Origin: a virus
Taxonomy: Duplodnaviria; Heunggongvirae; Uroviricota; Caudoviricetes
Virus record (IMG/VR): IMGVR_UViG_2718218128_000001
DNA length: 20,762 bases
Direction: 5' to 3' (one strand)
The translations under genes were made by a program, and so were the position numbers. Shown here piece after piece: positions 1-8,145 of the stretch (position 1 is the stretch's first letter; every line of letters begins with the position of its first letter). The notes under the pieces were generated by a model. That model searched no databases. It was not told the origin of the DNA and worked only from the letters and a program-made list of their open reading frames with translations.

Positions 1-1170
1 TCACTCCTCATTTTCTTCTGAGCTGTACTCCACATCGGAGAGTTTAACCTCAAGCTCTAAGCCCGTCGTGAAACCGTTATTATTGAGGTTGTGGGTCACC
101 TTGCTGATTAACCATGCCTGCTCGTCTATGACGCGCTTAAAGCCTGACACGCGTACAGGCGTCTCAGGAAATAAATCCGCTCGCCCTAGCGCCAGTGTGA
201 TTGAAAACTCCGCAACGCCTCGCTGCAGTTTATCCCACTTAGCCTGAGCGGCGCGCATCGCCTGTGCCTTTGAGGCATAGACCGTCGTCAGCGCCAGCAC
301 GTTATCGGCTTCACCGGCCATGTACTCACCCTCACGTGCTTCCTGTTCTTTTTTGACCTTTGTCTTTTTGCTGACCGGCTTTGCTTTTGGGTGTTCCAGT
401 GCGCGCAGGTGCTTCTCTTTTGGCTTGCGTTTCAGCGTTACTTTCTGCTTTTGTGGCTTCGGGTCTTTGGTGTGCAACCATTTAGCAGTGACGCCGGTAT
501 AAGCCCCACGGTCGGCAATGGCAAACTGATGACGGTCACCATCACTGCGGGTCAGCGTCATTTGCGGGACGGGTTTGCCGCTGGCCGTCATCGCACTACC
601 GGCTTTCAGAAACAACAGTTTCCCTGCCTTCACCGATACCGTTGCCCCGTTGCGGTCAGCCAGTCGACTCAAAAATACCGCGTCGGATTCCTGCGACTGG
701 TCGATATGCGGTACCGGGATTTTTTTCAGCGATTCCGCAATGCTGGCCGTCAGTTTGTTGCGCTTTGCGATGGTACTGACCAGTTCGCCGATGGTGGTGT
801 CGTGCCATGACTCTTCACGCCTGGAATTTAGCGTGCCGCGAAAGTCCGCGCTGCGCGCCCGGATGGTCAGGGTATCAGGAGCCCCCCGGTGCTCAATCTC
901 ATCGACCGTAAAATCCCCCTTATTCAGCAGCGCCGAACCCTGCCAGCCAAGCCACAACGTCAGCACTGCCCCGCGCAGGGGTAACTCGACTTTCCCATCG
1001 GTGTCATCGAGCTCAATGTCGAGCTGGTCAGCTTCAAAGCCCCTATTGTCCGTCATGGTGAGAGAAATCAGCCGGTCGCTGAAGTTACTGGTAATGTCCT
1101 GACTGTTCAGCGTCAGCATAAAAGCCGGTGCAAGGCTGGCACCGGCGTCAATTGCCATCCCCGTTATCAT
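1..1170 (-). CDS. D: Tail protein D (late gene D homolog)
   Basis: 389-aa ORF with ATG start, length close to P2 gpD (about 387 aa). It sits last in the E-T-U-D tail block, and its start overlaps the U stop (ATGA). Confidence 0.88.
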   Translation of the reverse strand: MITGMAIDAGASLAPAFMLTLNSQDITSNFSDRLISLTMTDNRGFEADQLDIELDDTDGKVELPLRGAVLTLWLGWQGSALLNKGDFTVDEIEHRGAPDTLTIRARSADFRGTLNSRREESWHDTTIGELVSTIAKRNKLTASIAESLKKIPVPHIDQSQESDAVFLSRLADRNGATVSVKAGKLLFLKAGSAMTASGKPVPQMTLTRSDGDRHQFAIADRGAYTGVTAKWLHTKDPKPQKQKVTLKRKPKEKHLRALEHPKAKPVSKKTKVKKEQEAREGEYMAGEADNVLALTTVYASKAQAMRAAQAKWDKLQRGVAEFSITLALGRADLFPETPVRVSGFKRVIDEQAWLISKVTHNLNNNGFTTGLELEVKLSDVEYSSEENEE

Positions 1171-1652
1171 GCAGTGAAACCTCCGGGCATACCCTGCAGT
1201 TTATCTGTCAAATTACCGGCAGAGCCGAGAAGCTCACTGGCCTGTTTATTCAGGTCACCAAACATCTCTGTCAGCGATTCATCAACCCGTTTTAGCGAAA
1301 GCGTGAAATCAATCTTTCTGGCCGCACCATCACTGAAAAACTCGGTGCGTGTAGTCGATACTTTATCGACGATATACATCCCGAGGATATTTCCGGTTCC
1401 CTCTATCAACGGCCACGCTCTGCCTTCATTGGCCATCACCTCTACAGCCTTAAGTGAGATCCAACCGCCAGTGATAGCGGGGTATAGCGTACCAGCAAGC
1501 TGTATAGAGGTTTCCCCCTCGCCAAGAAACTGATAGGCAGGTGGTTTACCCACCCGGTCATTGGACACCCAGCGATAATCTTTCGAATGCTGCATCGACT
1601 GGTAAGGCAGGGTGCGAAGTTCAAACACAAACATTCCGAGAGCAAGCATCAT
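1167..1652 (-). CDS. U: Tail protein U
   Basis: 161-aa ORF between the tape measure gene and D, as in P2 (gpU about 159 aa). ATG start, translationally coupled to D. Confidence 0.85.
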   Translation of the reverse strand: MMLALGMFVFELRTLPYQSMQHSKDYRWVSNDRVGKPPAYQFLGEGETSIQLAGTLYPAITGGWISLKAVEVMANEGRAWPLIEGTGNILGMYIVDKVSTTRTEFFSDGAARKIDFTLSLKRVDESLTEMFGDLNKQASELLGSAGNLTDKLQGMPGGFTA

Positions 1653-1665
1653 CGTTTAATCCCCC

Positions 1666-4110
1666 TCAATAGTCGTGGGTCATGTTGGCACGCTGGCGGG
1701 CGCGTTTATCGCGCTCAATCTGTTCGAGCGTGTCGCGTAGTTGTCTGTCAAGCTGATGCCCCGGCGCAACACCTCCCGGCAGATTGATGTTGTATTCGCT
1801 TTTGCTCTGGTCAATGTAAGAGCGCCCCGCCGGTGCGGTAACTGGCTGATAAGCCTGATAGCCGCCATATGTGCTGGTTGCCGGGATGTAGGAATTACCC
1901 TGTGTGGCGGCATTGGTTTTGGCGGCGGTCTGGTCGAGGCTGTCCGACTCTTTGTTGATGATGCCGAGCTTTTCGAGAAGCCAGTCGACACCGCTGCGCA
2001 GCTTGTTAAAAACATTGAGCGGAGCCATCAAGGCAGAGGCCAGTGCCTGACCAAATATGACGCCGACATTTTTGCAGCTATCAAGCGTTTCCTGCGTGGC
2101 CTTAACCGGTGCTATCAGGTCTTTAAACCACTGCCAGACGCCGCGCAGTTTCTCGCCGAGACCATCAAAAATGGGAGCCAGTGGAGCGAACATTTCCCCG
2201 ACTGGGGCAAAGGCACTCATGATGCCCTCAATCACTCCCGAGAAAAATGCGCTGATGGGCTCCCAATATTTACGGATGAGTAGCGCCCCCGCCACAATCG
2301 CCGCACCGACGGCCACTATCGGCCAGGTAATCGCACCGAGCGCTGTCGCAATGGCACTACCGACGACAGTAAAGACCGTACCCAGCACGCCAGCAGCGGC
2401 GATAATGGCATTAATCCCCATGACAACCGGCCACGCAACGAGACCAATGCCGCCGATGATACCAATCAGCGCCAGCGCACCACCGGCGATGATGCCGATA
2501 GTTTCCGCTAACTCCTTGTTGTCTTTGATCCAGTCATCAAGCTTTAGCACATACCGTGTTGCTGTCTGAGTTAGCTGACGCAATGAGCTATCTTGCTGGT
2601 CGTAGAGGTCGGTACCGACGGCCTCATAAGCGGATTGAAACTCTTTGAAGTCGCCACCTAAGTTATCCTGCATGACCTTAACCAATTCCTCGGTTTTACC
2701 GTCAGAATCCTTAATTATCTTGGTCAGTTCATCCAGTTTTCCACTGGCCGCTGCGGCCATTAACACACTTGCAGCGGAACTGGCTTCCTCGCCGAATATC
2801 GTTTTCATATACTCGGCTTTTTGACCTGTACCGAGGTTGTTGCGCTTAAAGCTGGCTTGTATTTCTTTCAGGATGGTAAAGATTGGCCGTGTATTGCCTT
2901 TTTTATCCATCGTCTTAACGCCAAGCTCTTTAATGGCATCATAGGCTTTGCCAGTTGGAGCCTGCAGTCGACTTAAAACAGCTCGGCTACCGGTTCCTGC
3001 CATCGAACCTATGATTTTTGCATCGTGTAACGCACCCAGCATCGCGGCGGTTTCTTCTAGGCTGACACCGGCATCTTTGGCAACTGGACCAACATATGTA
3101 AGTGAGTCGTTTAATCCCTCAAATGATGCCTGTGTTTTATTTATCGCCATCGATATGACATCTGCTATATGCGATGCCTTGTCATCTGCGAGCCCGAATG
3201 CCGATTTGGTGCCAATAAGCAAAGCGGCGTTTTCCTCCATAGTTTTTTTATTTGCCAGCGACATATTCAGAATGGCCGGTGTTTGCGCCACTATGCCGTC
3301 TTTATCTGCGCCAGATTTGGCTACGATAATCTGCGCGGCGGCGGCATCATCTGCTGAGGCCGCTGAGTTATCGCCGAGCTGACGCGCCTGTTTGCGTAGA
3401 GCCTGCATTTCTGGAGACTGCTTATCGACCCCAAGCACGGCCTGCAGCTCGGAGTTTTTTTGCGCAAAGTCATAACCGGGCATCAGCAATTTAACCCCGG
3501 CCATCGTTCCCGCTGTCGCAATACCGACCCCGGCAGCACCTGCAGCGGCCATGTTACCGGCAAGCTCCTTACCCGATTTATATCGCTCTTTCACTCGGTT
3601 TAGGTGCGCCTGCTGTGCGCTGACCTTCTCCAATGCTTCACGCTGCCGGTTGAGCTGCGCCGTCGTCTCGCTGATGCGTGTTTTAAGCCCCCGCTCATCG
3701 TTTGCCAGATTGCGGGTATTGATACCGGCGGCACCCAGCTCGCGTTGTTGGCGTTTAACTGACTCGGTGAGGCTGTTGTATTTAACCTGCAGCCCCTCGG
3801 CGGCACGTTTTGCGGATTCGAGCACCTGTGCCTGCGCTCGCGTCGGGCGCTCAGTATTTTTGAATTGCGTTGCAAGCGCTTCAGCCTCGCGCTTTGCCTT
3901 CTCCAGCGACTGGCCGGTTACGGCCAGTTGAGCGCTGGTTTTGCGAAAGCCGTCGATTTTCGCGGCCTGCCCGTTCAGGTCACGCAGCCCTTTTTGTGTG
4001 TCGCGAATATCGCCCGACAGGGTTTTACTCGCGGTCTGGATGGATTTAAGCGGTCGGGTCGCCTGGTCGACCGCTTTCAGCAAAACCTCAAGTCTCAGGT
4101 TATTACTCAT
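1666..4110 (-). CDS. T: Tail tape measure protein
   Basis: 814-aa ORF (P2 gpT about 815 aa) with coiled-coil-like Q/A/K/E-rich N-terminal half and a Gly/Ala/Ile-rich hydrophobic segment. Its start is overlapped by the E' stop (aATGAGTAA). Confidence 0.9.
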   Translation of the reverse strand: MSNNLRLEVLLKAVDQATRPLKSIQTASKTLSGDIRDTQKGLRDLNGQAAKIDGFRKTSAQLAVTGQSLEKAKREAEALATQFKNTERPTRAQAQVLESAKRAAEGLQVKYNSLTESVKRQQRELGAAGINTRNLANDERGLKTRISETTAQLNRQREALEKVSAQQAHLNRVKERYKSGKELAGNMAAAGAAGVGIATAGTMAGVKLLMPGYDFAQKNSELQAVLGVDKQSPEMQALRKQARQLGDNSAASADDAAAAQIIVAKSGADKDGIVAQTPAILNMSLANKKTMEENAALLIGTKSAFGLADDKASHIADVISMAINKTQASFEGLNDSLTYVGPVAKDAGVSLEETAAMLGALHDAKIIGSMAGTGSRAVLSRLQAPTGKAYDAIKELGVKTMDKKGNTRPIFTILKEIQASFKRNNLGTGQKAEYMKTIFGEEASSAASVLMAAAASGKLDELTKIIKDSDGKTEELVKVMQDNLGGDFKEFQSAYEAVGTDLYDQQDSSLRQLTQTATRYVLKLDDWIKDNKELAETIGIIAGGALALIGIIGGIGLVAWPVVMGINAIIAAAGVLGTVFTVVGSAIATALGAITWPIVAVGAAIVAGALLIRKYWEPISAFFSGVIEGIMSAFAPVGEMFAPLAPIFDGLGEKLRGVWQWFKDLIAPVKATQETLDSCKNVGVIFGQALASALMAPLNVFNKLRSGVDWLLEKLGIINKESDSLDQTAAKTNAATQGNSYIPATSTYGGYQAYQPVTAPAGRSYIDQSKSEYNINLPGGVAPGHQLDRQLRDTLEQIERDKRARQRANMTHDY

Positions 4111-4590
4111 TGTGGTGTCCGCTACGCTGCAGCGCCTTTTCGCGCCATGTGATGAGCTCGGTCAGGCTCAGGGAATAGAGCTCTGATAGCGGCCAGTGGA
4201 ATATCACCGCGATATCCGCCATCAGGTCATCGGTCGACAGGTCGGGCGGGAAATCTACTCCGCCGAAGCCGGTGACAAAAAACCAATCACCTTAGCGGCC
4301 AGCGACAGCATATCGGGCAGGTTCATTGCGGTAAGCTCCTGCGCCGTAAGCGCGGGGTAGGTCATGCGTGGCAATACCTTAATCAGCGCATCGACTTCGG
4401 ACTGCGCCACCGCTGCCAGACTGACACCGCGCAGGGTACCGGCGTTCGGCTCAATCAGTGTGACTTTATCAATCGTCTGACCGGCGCGCTTAATCGGCTT
4501 GTCGAGGGTCACGACGTTCGGGTTTACGGTGTCAGTTTCATTGCCAGCCATATCAACAAATTCAGCGGTTTTACGTGGTGCTTTTGCCAT
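4103..4590 (-). CDS. E: E+E' tail assembly chaperone, programmed -1 frameshift product
   Basis: After a -1 slip at ggT-TTT-TTG, the reading frame continues as VTGFGGVDFPPDLSTDDLMADIAVIFHWPLSELYSLSLTELITWREKALQRSGHHNE and stops at TAA (4103..4105), overlapping the T start. This is the conserved E/E' arrangement of P2-like phages. Confidence 0.72.
4255..4590 (-). CDS. E: Tail assembly chaperone E (zero-frame product)
   Basis: Small ORF immediately upstream of T, ending just after a T-TTT-TTG slippery heptamer. Contains a TLDKPIKRAG...LIEPNAG segment typical of the gpE family as I recall it. The true start may be M1 (4590) or M14 (4551). Confidence 0.78.
   Translation of the reverse strand: MAKAPRKTAEFVDMAGNETDTVNPNVVTLDKPIKRAGQTIDKVTLIEPNAGTLRGVSLAAVAQSEVDALIKVLPRMTYPALTAQELTAMNLPDMLSLAAKVIGFLSPASAE
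4276..4282 (-). other. Slippery heptamer T TTT TTG for the E/E' -1 frameshift
   Basis: Plus-strand CAAAAAA at 4276..4282 is TTTTTTG on the minus strand, in frame as ggT TTT TTG within E. This is the same heptamer used by P2 E/E' as I recall it. Confidence 0.7.
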
Positions 4591-5135
4591 GATGTTTTTC
4601 TCTGCTCTGAATGGGGATTAATAACAGGCCAGCAGTGCTGACCGGTTAGGGAATTGTCCTGCAGACGCGAGACCGACCAGCGCATATCCCGCCACAGGTC
4701 ATCAATGGTGGTTTCGACGCTGTCGGCTTTTTTGTCACCCTTACCCGTGGCCTCAACCCCGCGATAACGCTCATACAGGGTGGCGGTCGCCATCGCCGTC
4801 ACGGCGCTGAGGTAGTGGAAAACGCGCACATTCTCGCCGTCGATTTCCTCGGCGTCAGGCACGTCGGCCAGTGTCTTAAACCCTGCGGCAATCTGGCGCA
4901 GCCGGTAGTCGTAAAGCTCCGCATTGGTTTCCGCCATGCCGGTCTTGATGGCGTTGCGCAGGCGCGCATCGGAAACCGTCTGCTCAAGGCGCATCAGTTC
5001 GCGCACCCGCTTCGGATCCACATCAGGGAAAAAGAACGTGTTTTTAATCACTGCGTCGCCCGTCTCCGGTGCGGGAATCACCACGCCCGGTACGTCCTGC
5101 GGTTCGTCGGGCTGATTCAGTATTACTGTCGTCAT
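4524..5135 (-). CDS. L: Head completion/stabilisation protein L with an aberrant C-terminal extension
   Basis: ORF directly downstream of terminase small subunit M, as in P2. The first ~165 aa look protein-like. The last ~40 aa (NSLTGQHCWPVINPHSEQRKTSWQKHHV...) are translated across the start region of E in another frame and look like read-through. Confidence 0.65.
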   Translation of the reverse strand: MTTVILNQPDEPQDVPGVVIPAPETGDAVIKNTFFFPDVDPKRVRELMRLEQTVSDARLRNAIKTGMAETNAELYDYRLRQIAAGFKTLADVPDAEEIDGENVRVFHYLSAVTAMATATLYERYRGVEATGKGDKKADSVETTIDDLWRDMRWSVSRLQDNSLTGQHCWPVINPHSEQRKTSWQKHHVKPLNLLIWLAMKLTP

Positions 5136-5228
5136 GACAACCTCATTAGGTTGGGCGGTGGACGCCGGTCGCCGTCAGGGTCAAAACCTGCTTTGACCGG
5201 CGTGCCGCCCGGCTCGGGGAGCGTTCAG

Positions 5229-5978
5229 TTAACCGGCGGTTTTTACCGCCTTTGGTGGACGCCCGCGCTTTGCCGCCGGTTTGTTGGCAGGTTTGCGCGT
5301 GCGCGGTTTAGTCGTTTTACGGGGCGCGGCCTCTGGCTTTGGCTTCAATGCCCGTTCCAGTCGCTCAATCTCCTTGCGCACACCGGCATTGCGGTCGAGC
5401 TGCATCGCGCGCTGAAACTGCGCCAGCGCCTCTGCATTCATACCGGCATCACGCAGGGTCAGGCCTGTCACCTTATGCAGACGGGCGCGCACCATATCGG
5501 GAACGTCAGCGCCGTCGGTCAGGTCGATAGTGGTCTGCAGCCAGGAAAGGTCGACAGACTCACCGGCATCGCGCAGGCGCTGTGCAGCAAGCGCCACTTC
5601 CTCAACCAGCATGTAAGGTGTTGTGCGGTGGTGGTCAGAGGTGAGGCCGTATTTCAGCGCGTACGGGGCAATTTCCAGCGCGCCAGCGATATCACCGGCA
5701 TCGAGACGCCACAGCATGACGGTCATGACAATGTCATCCTGCGCACCACGGCCATCAGCCAGCACACCGGCGACCCACGGCGCATAGAACGGCAGCAGCT
5801 CGCGCTTTTTCTCGGCTTTACGTTCGTTTGAACGGATGTTTTTTAACGTGCGGCGGTCATCGGCCAGCTTAACCAGCATCTGCTCATAGGCGGTTGCATG
5901 GCGCAGCGGGGCTTGCTCCCGCTGCGCGGCTTGAGAGGCCGAGACCCGCATCATGTGACGCTGTGCGGGGCTCGTCAT
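5229..5978 (-). CDS. M: Terminase small (endonuclease) subunit
   Basis: 249-aa ORF between capsid gene N and L (P2 gpM about 247 aa), with a basic K/R/P-rich C-terminal tail. ATG start. Confidence 0.82.
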   Translation of the reverse strand: MTSPAQRHMMRVSASQAAQREQAPLRHATAYEQMLVKLADDRRTLKNIRSNERKAEKKRELLPFYAPWVAGVLADGRGAQDDIVMTVMLWRLDAGDIAGALEIAPYALKYGLTSDHHRTTPYMLVEEVALAAQRLRDAGESVDLSWLQTTIDLTDGADVPDMVRARLHKVTGLTLRDAGMNAEALAQFQRAMQLDRNAGVRKEIERLERALKPKPEAAPRKTTKPRTRKPANKPAAKRGRPPKAVKTAG

Positions 5979-5981
5979 GGT

Positions 5982-7049
5982 TTAGGCTCCGCTTTCCGGT
6001 GCTGCAGGTGCGGTGAAATCGCCCAGGGTGATGTTTTCCAGCAGGCACCCGGCGGCATACGCCTCGACCACATAGTCGATATTCATCGACTCGTAGTTTT
6101 CAACGCGGTCTTTTTTCGGGTTTTCATCAATGCTGCGGCGGTGGCTCTCATCCATGAAATAGATAGAGAGGTTTTCCAGCGTGGTCACTAACACGGCATT
6201 CGCCGGGAAGTACGGCACACGCACAGCAGGCAGGTTGCCGATTCGCTTCTGGCTGATGATGATATCTGCCGCAAGCGCCTCGCTGTTTTCCTGCGGCTTG
6301 TTCACCAGCGGGAAATATTTGTCGGCTAGCAGCTTACGGCCAACGATGGCAACGAGTTTCGGGTCATCCTGATAAACCTCGTCAATCAGGTTGTTGGTGG
6401 CGTCCATCACCAGCGCGTCGAGGTTCTCATAGTCGCCGTTTCGACCTACACGAATCACTGCTGAAACGACCTTACCGTCAGCGTCGGTGATGTTGCTCAT
6501 CACGCGCGTCGGGGCTTCATTGCGGTATTTCTGCAGCCAGCCGACGGCCACATCCTGCAGCATCGGATTTTTGGTGCGGTCAGAGGTGGCGGCGCGGGTG
6601 GTACCGTTAAAACCGGCCATGATGAAATCCAGTGCCTGACGTTTGACAATGGCGTCGCGGATGCGGCGCTGGAAGTCCTGAAAACGCGCCCACAGGTCGA
6701 GGGTTTTATATTTCAGATGGAAGTCAAAATTAATTTGGTCGCACTCGTACTTGTTGGACTCAAGCGCGGTGAAGTCGGCGGTCTTACGCTCATCATCGCC
6801 CGAGGTGTCGGTCGTGCTGGCGATAGTACCGGTCACACCGACGCCGATTTTCTCACCCTTCATTTCTGCGACCGGCAGAATATTAATCGTCTGCAGAAAC
6901 GCGGATGACTCCTGCACTTTGTTCATCAGTGTTTGCGTGACGGACGGCTCGACGGTGAATTTTTTACTGACGTCATCAGTGCTGATGCCGTTCAGCTCAG
7001 CGACGCGGGTCAGATAGGCATTGAACTTAAAACGGGTATCCGGGCGCAT
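5982..7049 (-). CDS. N: Major capsid protein
   Basis: 355-aa ORF (P2 gpN about 357 aa) between the scaffold and terminase small subunit genes. ATG start. Confidence 0.9.
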   Translation of the reverse strand: MRPDTRFKFNAYLTRVAELNGISTDDVSKKFTVEPSVTQTLMNKVQESSAFLQTINILPVAEMKGEKIGVGVTGTIASTTDTSGDDERKTADFTALESNKYECDQINFDFHLKYKTLDLWARFQDFQRRIRDAIVKRQALDFIMAGFNGTTRAATSDRTKNPMLQDVAVGWLQKYRNEAPTRVMSNITDADGKVVSAVIRVGRNGDYENLDALVMDATNNLIDEVYQDDPKLVAIVGRKLLADKYFPLVNKPQENSEALAADIIISQKRIGNLPAVRVPYFPANAVLVTTLENLSIYFMDESHRRSIDENPKKDRVENYESMNIDYVVEAYAAGCLLENITLGDFTAPAAPESGA

Positions 7050-7125
7050 AGTATTTCCTGTTTGAATTTATCGGTTAGTCACTGCATCGGGCGGGGATGC
7101 CGCCCGGTTTCTGGTCTGCGGTTTA

Positions 7126-7980
7126 TCAGCAGTCGGTCAGCAGCTCATCGCCACCACCGCCGCTGGCTTTCGTGCGTCGCGGCTGGCTGAAACTTTCGGT
7201 TTTATCGAGGGTGGTTTTCAGGTCGGAAAATGCCTGGCTGGTTTCTTCAACCTTGCCGGTCAGTTCCTGTTTGAAAGTGGCAAACGCGGTTTCCATAGCG
7301 GAAAGGCGCTCGTCCTGTTTTGTCAGGTTGGTTTGCACATGTTCGCTGACGGTGGTCACCGCTTCATGCACATCATTCAGGCGCGCATCGTCGCTGACCT
7401 GCTTACGGCTGAAAATGGCTTTCACCTTATCGGCCAGGCTGTTGAGCACCGTGTCGGGAACGTCTTCAAACTCCAGCTCGGCCAGAGTGGCAGCGGAAAA
7501 GACGTTTTCAGGGTTGGCCTTAAAGCGTTGCAGCGGGTTGTGCTTCGCGTTGCGGCAGAATTCGAGGTATTCAGTGCCGAGGCTCGCCGGGTCATCGGTG
7601 ACAGCAAGGCCGACGAGGTAGCATTTGCCGGTATTGGCAAAATTCGGCTGAATTTCCATTGAGGTGTAGACCTTCTGCAATTTTTTATTCATCGCAATCA
7701 GGTCGTCGGTTGGGGTGATTCTGGCGAACAGCGCCCATTTGCCGTTAAGCGCAGAATCGTCGTCAATTATTTCAGCTTTCAGTTCAACCACATCGCCTAA
7801 GCGTTTGAAGTCGCCATCAGGAAAGAGACCGCGAATATGCTCAAGGTTAATGCGGCAACCGTAGACGCGAGGGTCAAACGATTCGGCCATTTCCTGAATA
7901 TCGTTGCCGCTGATAATGCGGCCGTCGCAGGTGTCACCCTCGACGCCGATGCGAAAGAATTTTGAGACTTTTTTTGCCAT
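7126..7980 (-). CDS. O: Capsid scaffolding protein
   Basis: 284-aa ORF (P2 gpO is 284 aa), divergent from the terminase gene P as in P2. ATG start. Confidence 0.86.
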   Translation of the reverse strand: MAKKVSKFFRIGVEGDTCDGRIISGNDIQEMAESFDPRVYGCRINLEHIRGLFPDGDFKRLGDVVELKAEIIDDDSALNGKWALFARITPTDDLIAMNKKLQKVYTSMEIQPNFANTGKCYLVGLAVTDDPASLGTEYLEFCRNAKHNPLQRFKANPENVFSAATLAELEFEDVPDTVLNSLADKVKAIFSRKQVSDDARLNDVHEAVTTVSEHVQTNLTKQDERLSAMETAFATFKQELTGKVEETSQAFSDLKTTLDKTESFSQPRRTKASGGGGDELLTDC

Positions 7981-8145
7981 TGTCAGGAGTCCTGAGGTTA
8001 AGGTTACTGGTCACCGCCAGTTTCCAGACTCAGGACACGCCAGACCACCAATGACGACTGGACAACCGCCCACACAACAGCACCTTAGCGAATCACTGAC
8101 GGCCATTAAGTAGCCTTGCCCTGAATCCACTACGGCGAGGCATCA

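Noticed and set aside
391-1102. 139-aa and 175-aa plus-strand ORFs
   Set aside because: Antisense within tail gene D.
1741-2569. 180-aa and 170-aa plus-strand ORFs
   Set aside because: Antisense within the tape measure gene T, with Ala/Pro/Ser-rich artefactual composition.
4815-5831. 338-aa plus-strand ORF
   Set aside because: It lies entirely antisense to the well-supported L and M genes. Its translation is R/G/H/C-rich and low-complexity, as expected for a spurious frame in GC-rich DNA.
7981-8145. Late-promoter activator dyad (TGT-N12-ACA) and the palindrome TCAGGAGTCCTGA at 7983..7995 in the O/P divergent intergenic region
   Set aside because: I could not find an exact TGT-N12-ACA dyad by eye. 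The 13-nt palindrome overlaps the Shine-Dalgarno-like sequence of gene O and may simply be that. The region surely contains late promoters, but I cannot place them.
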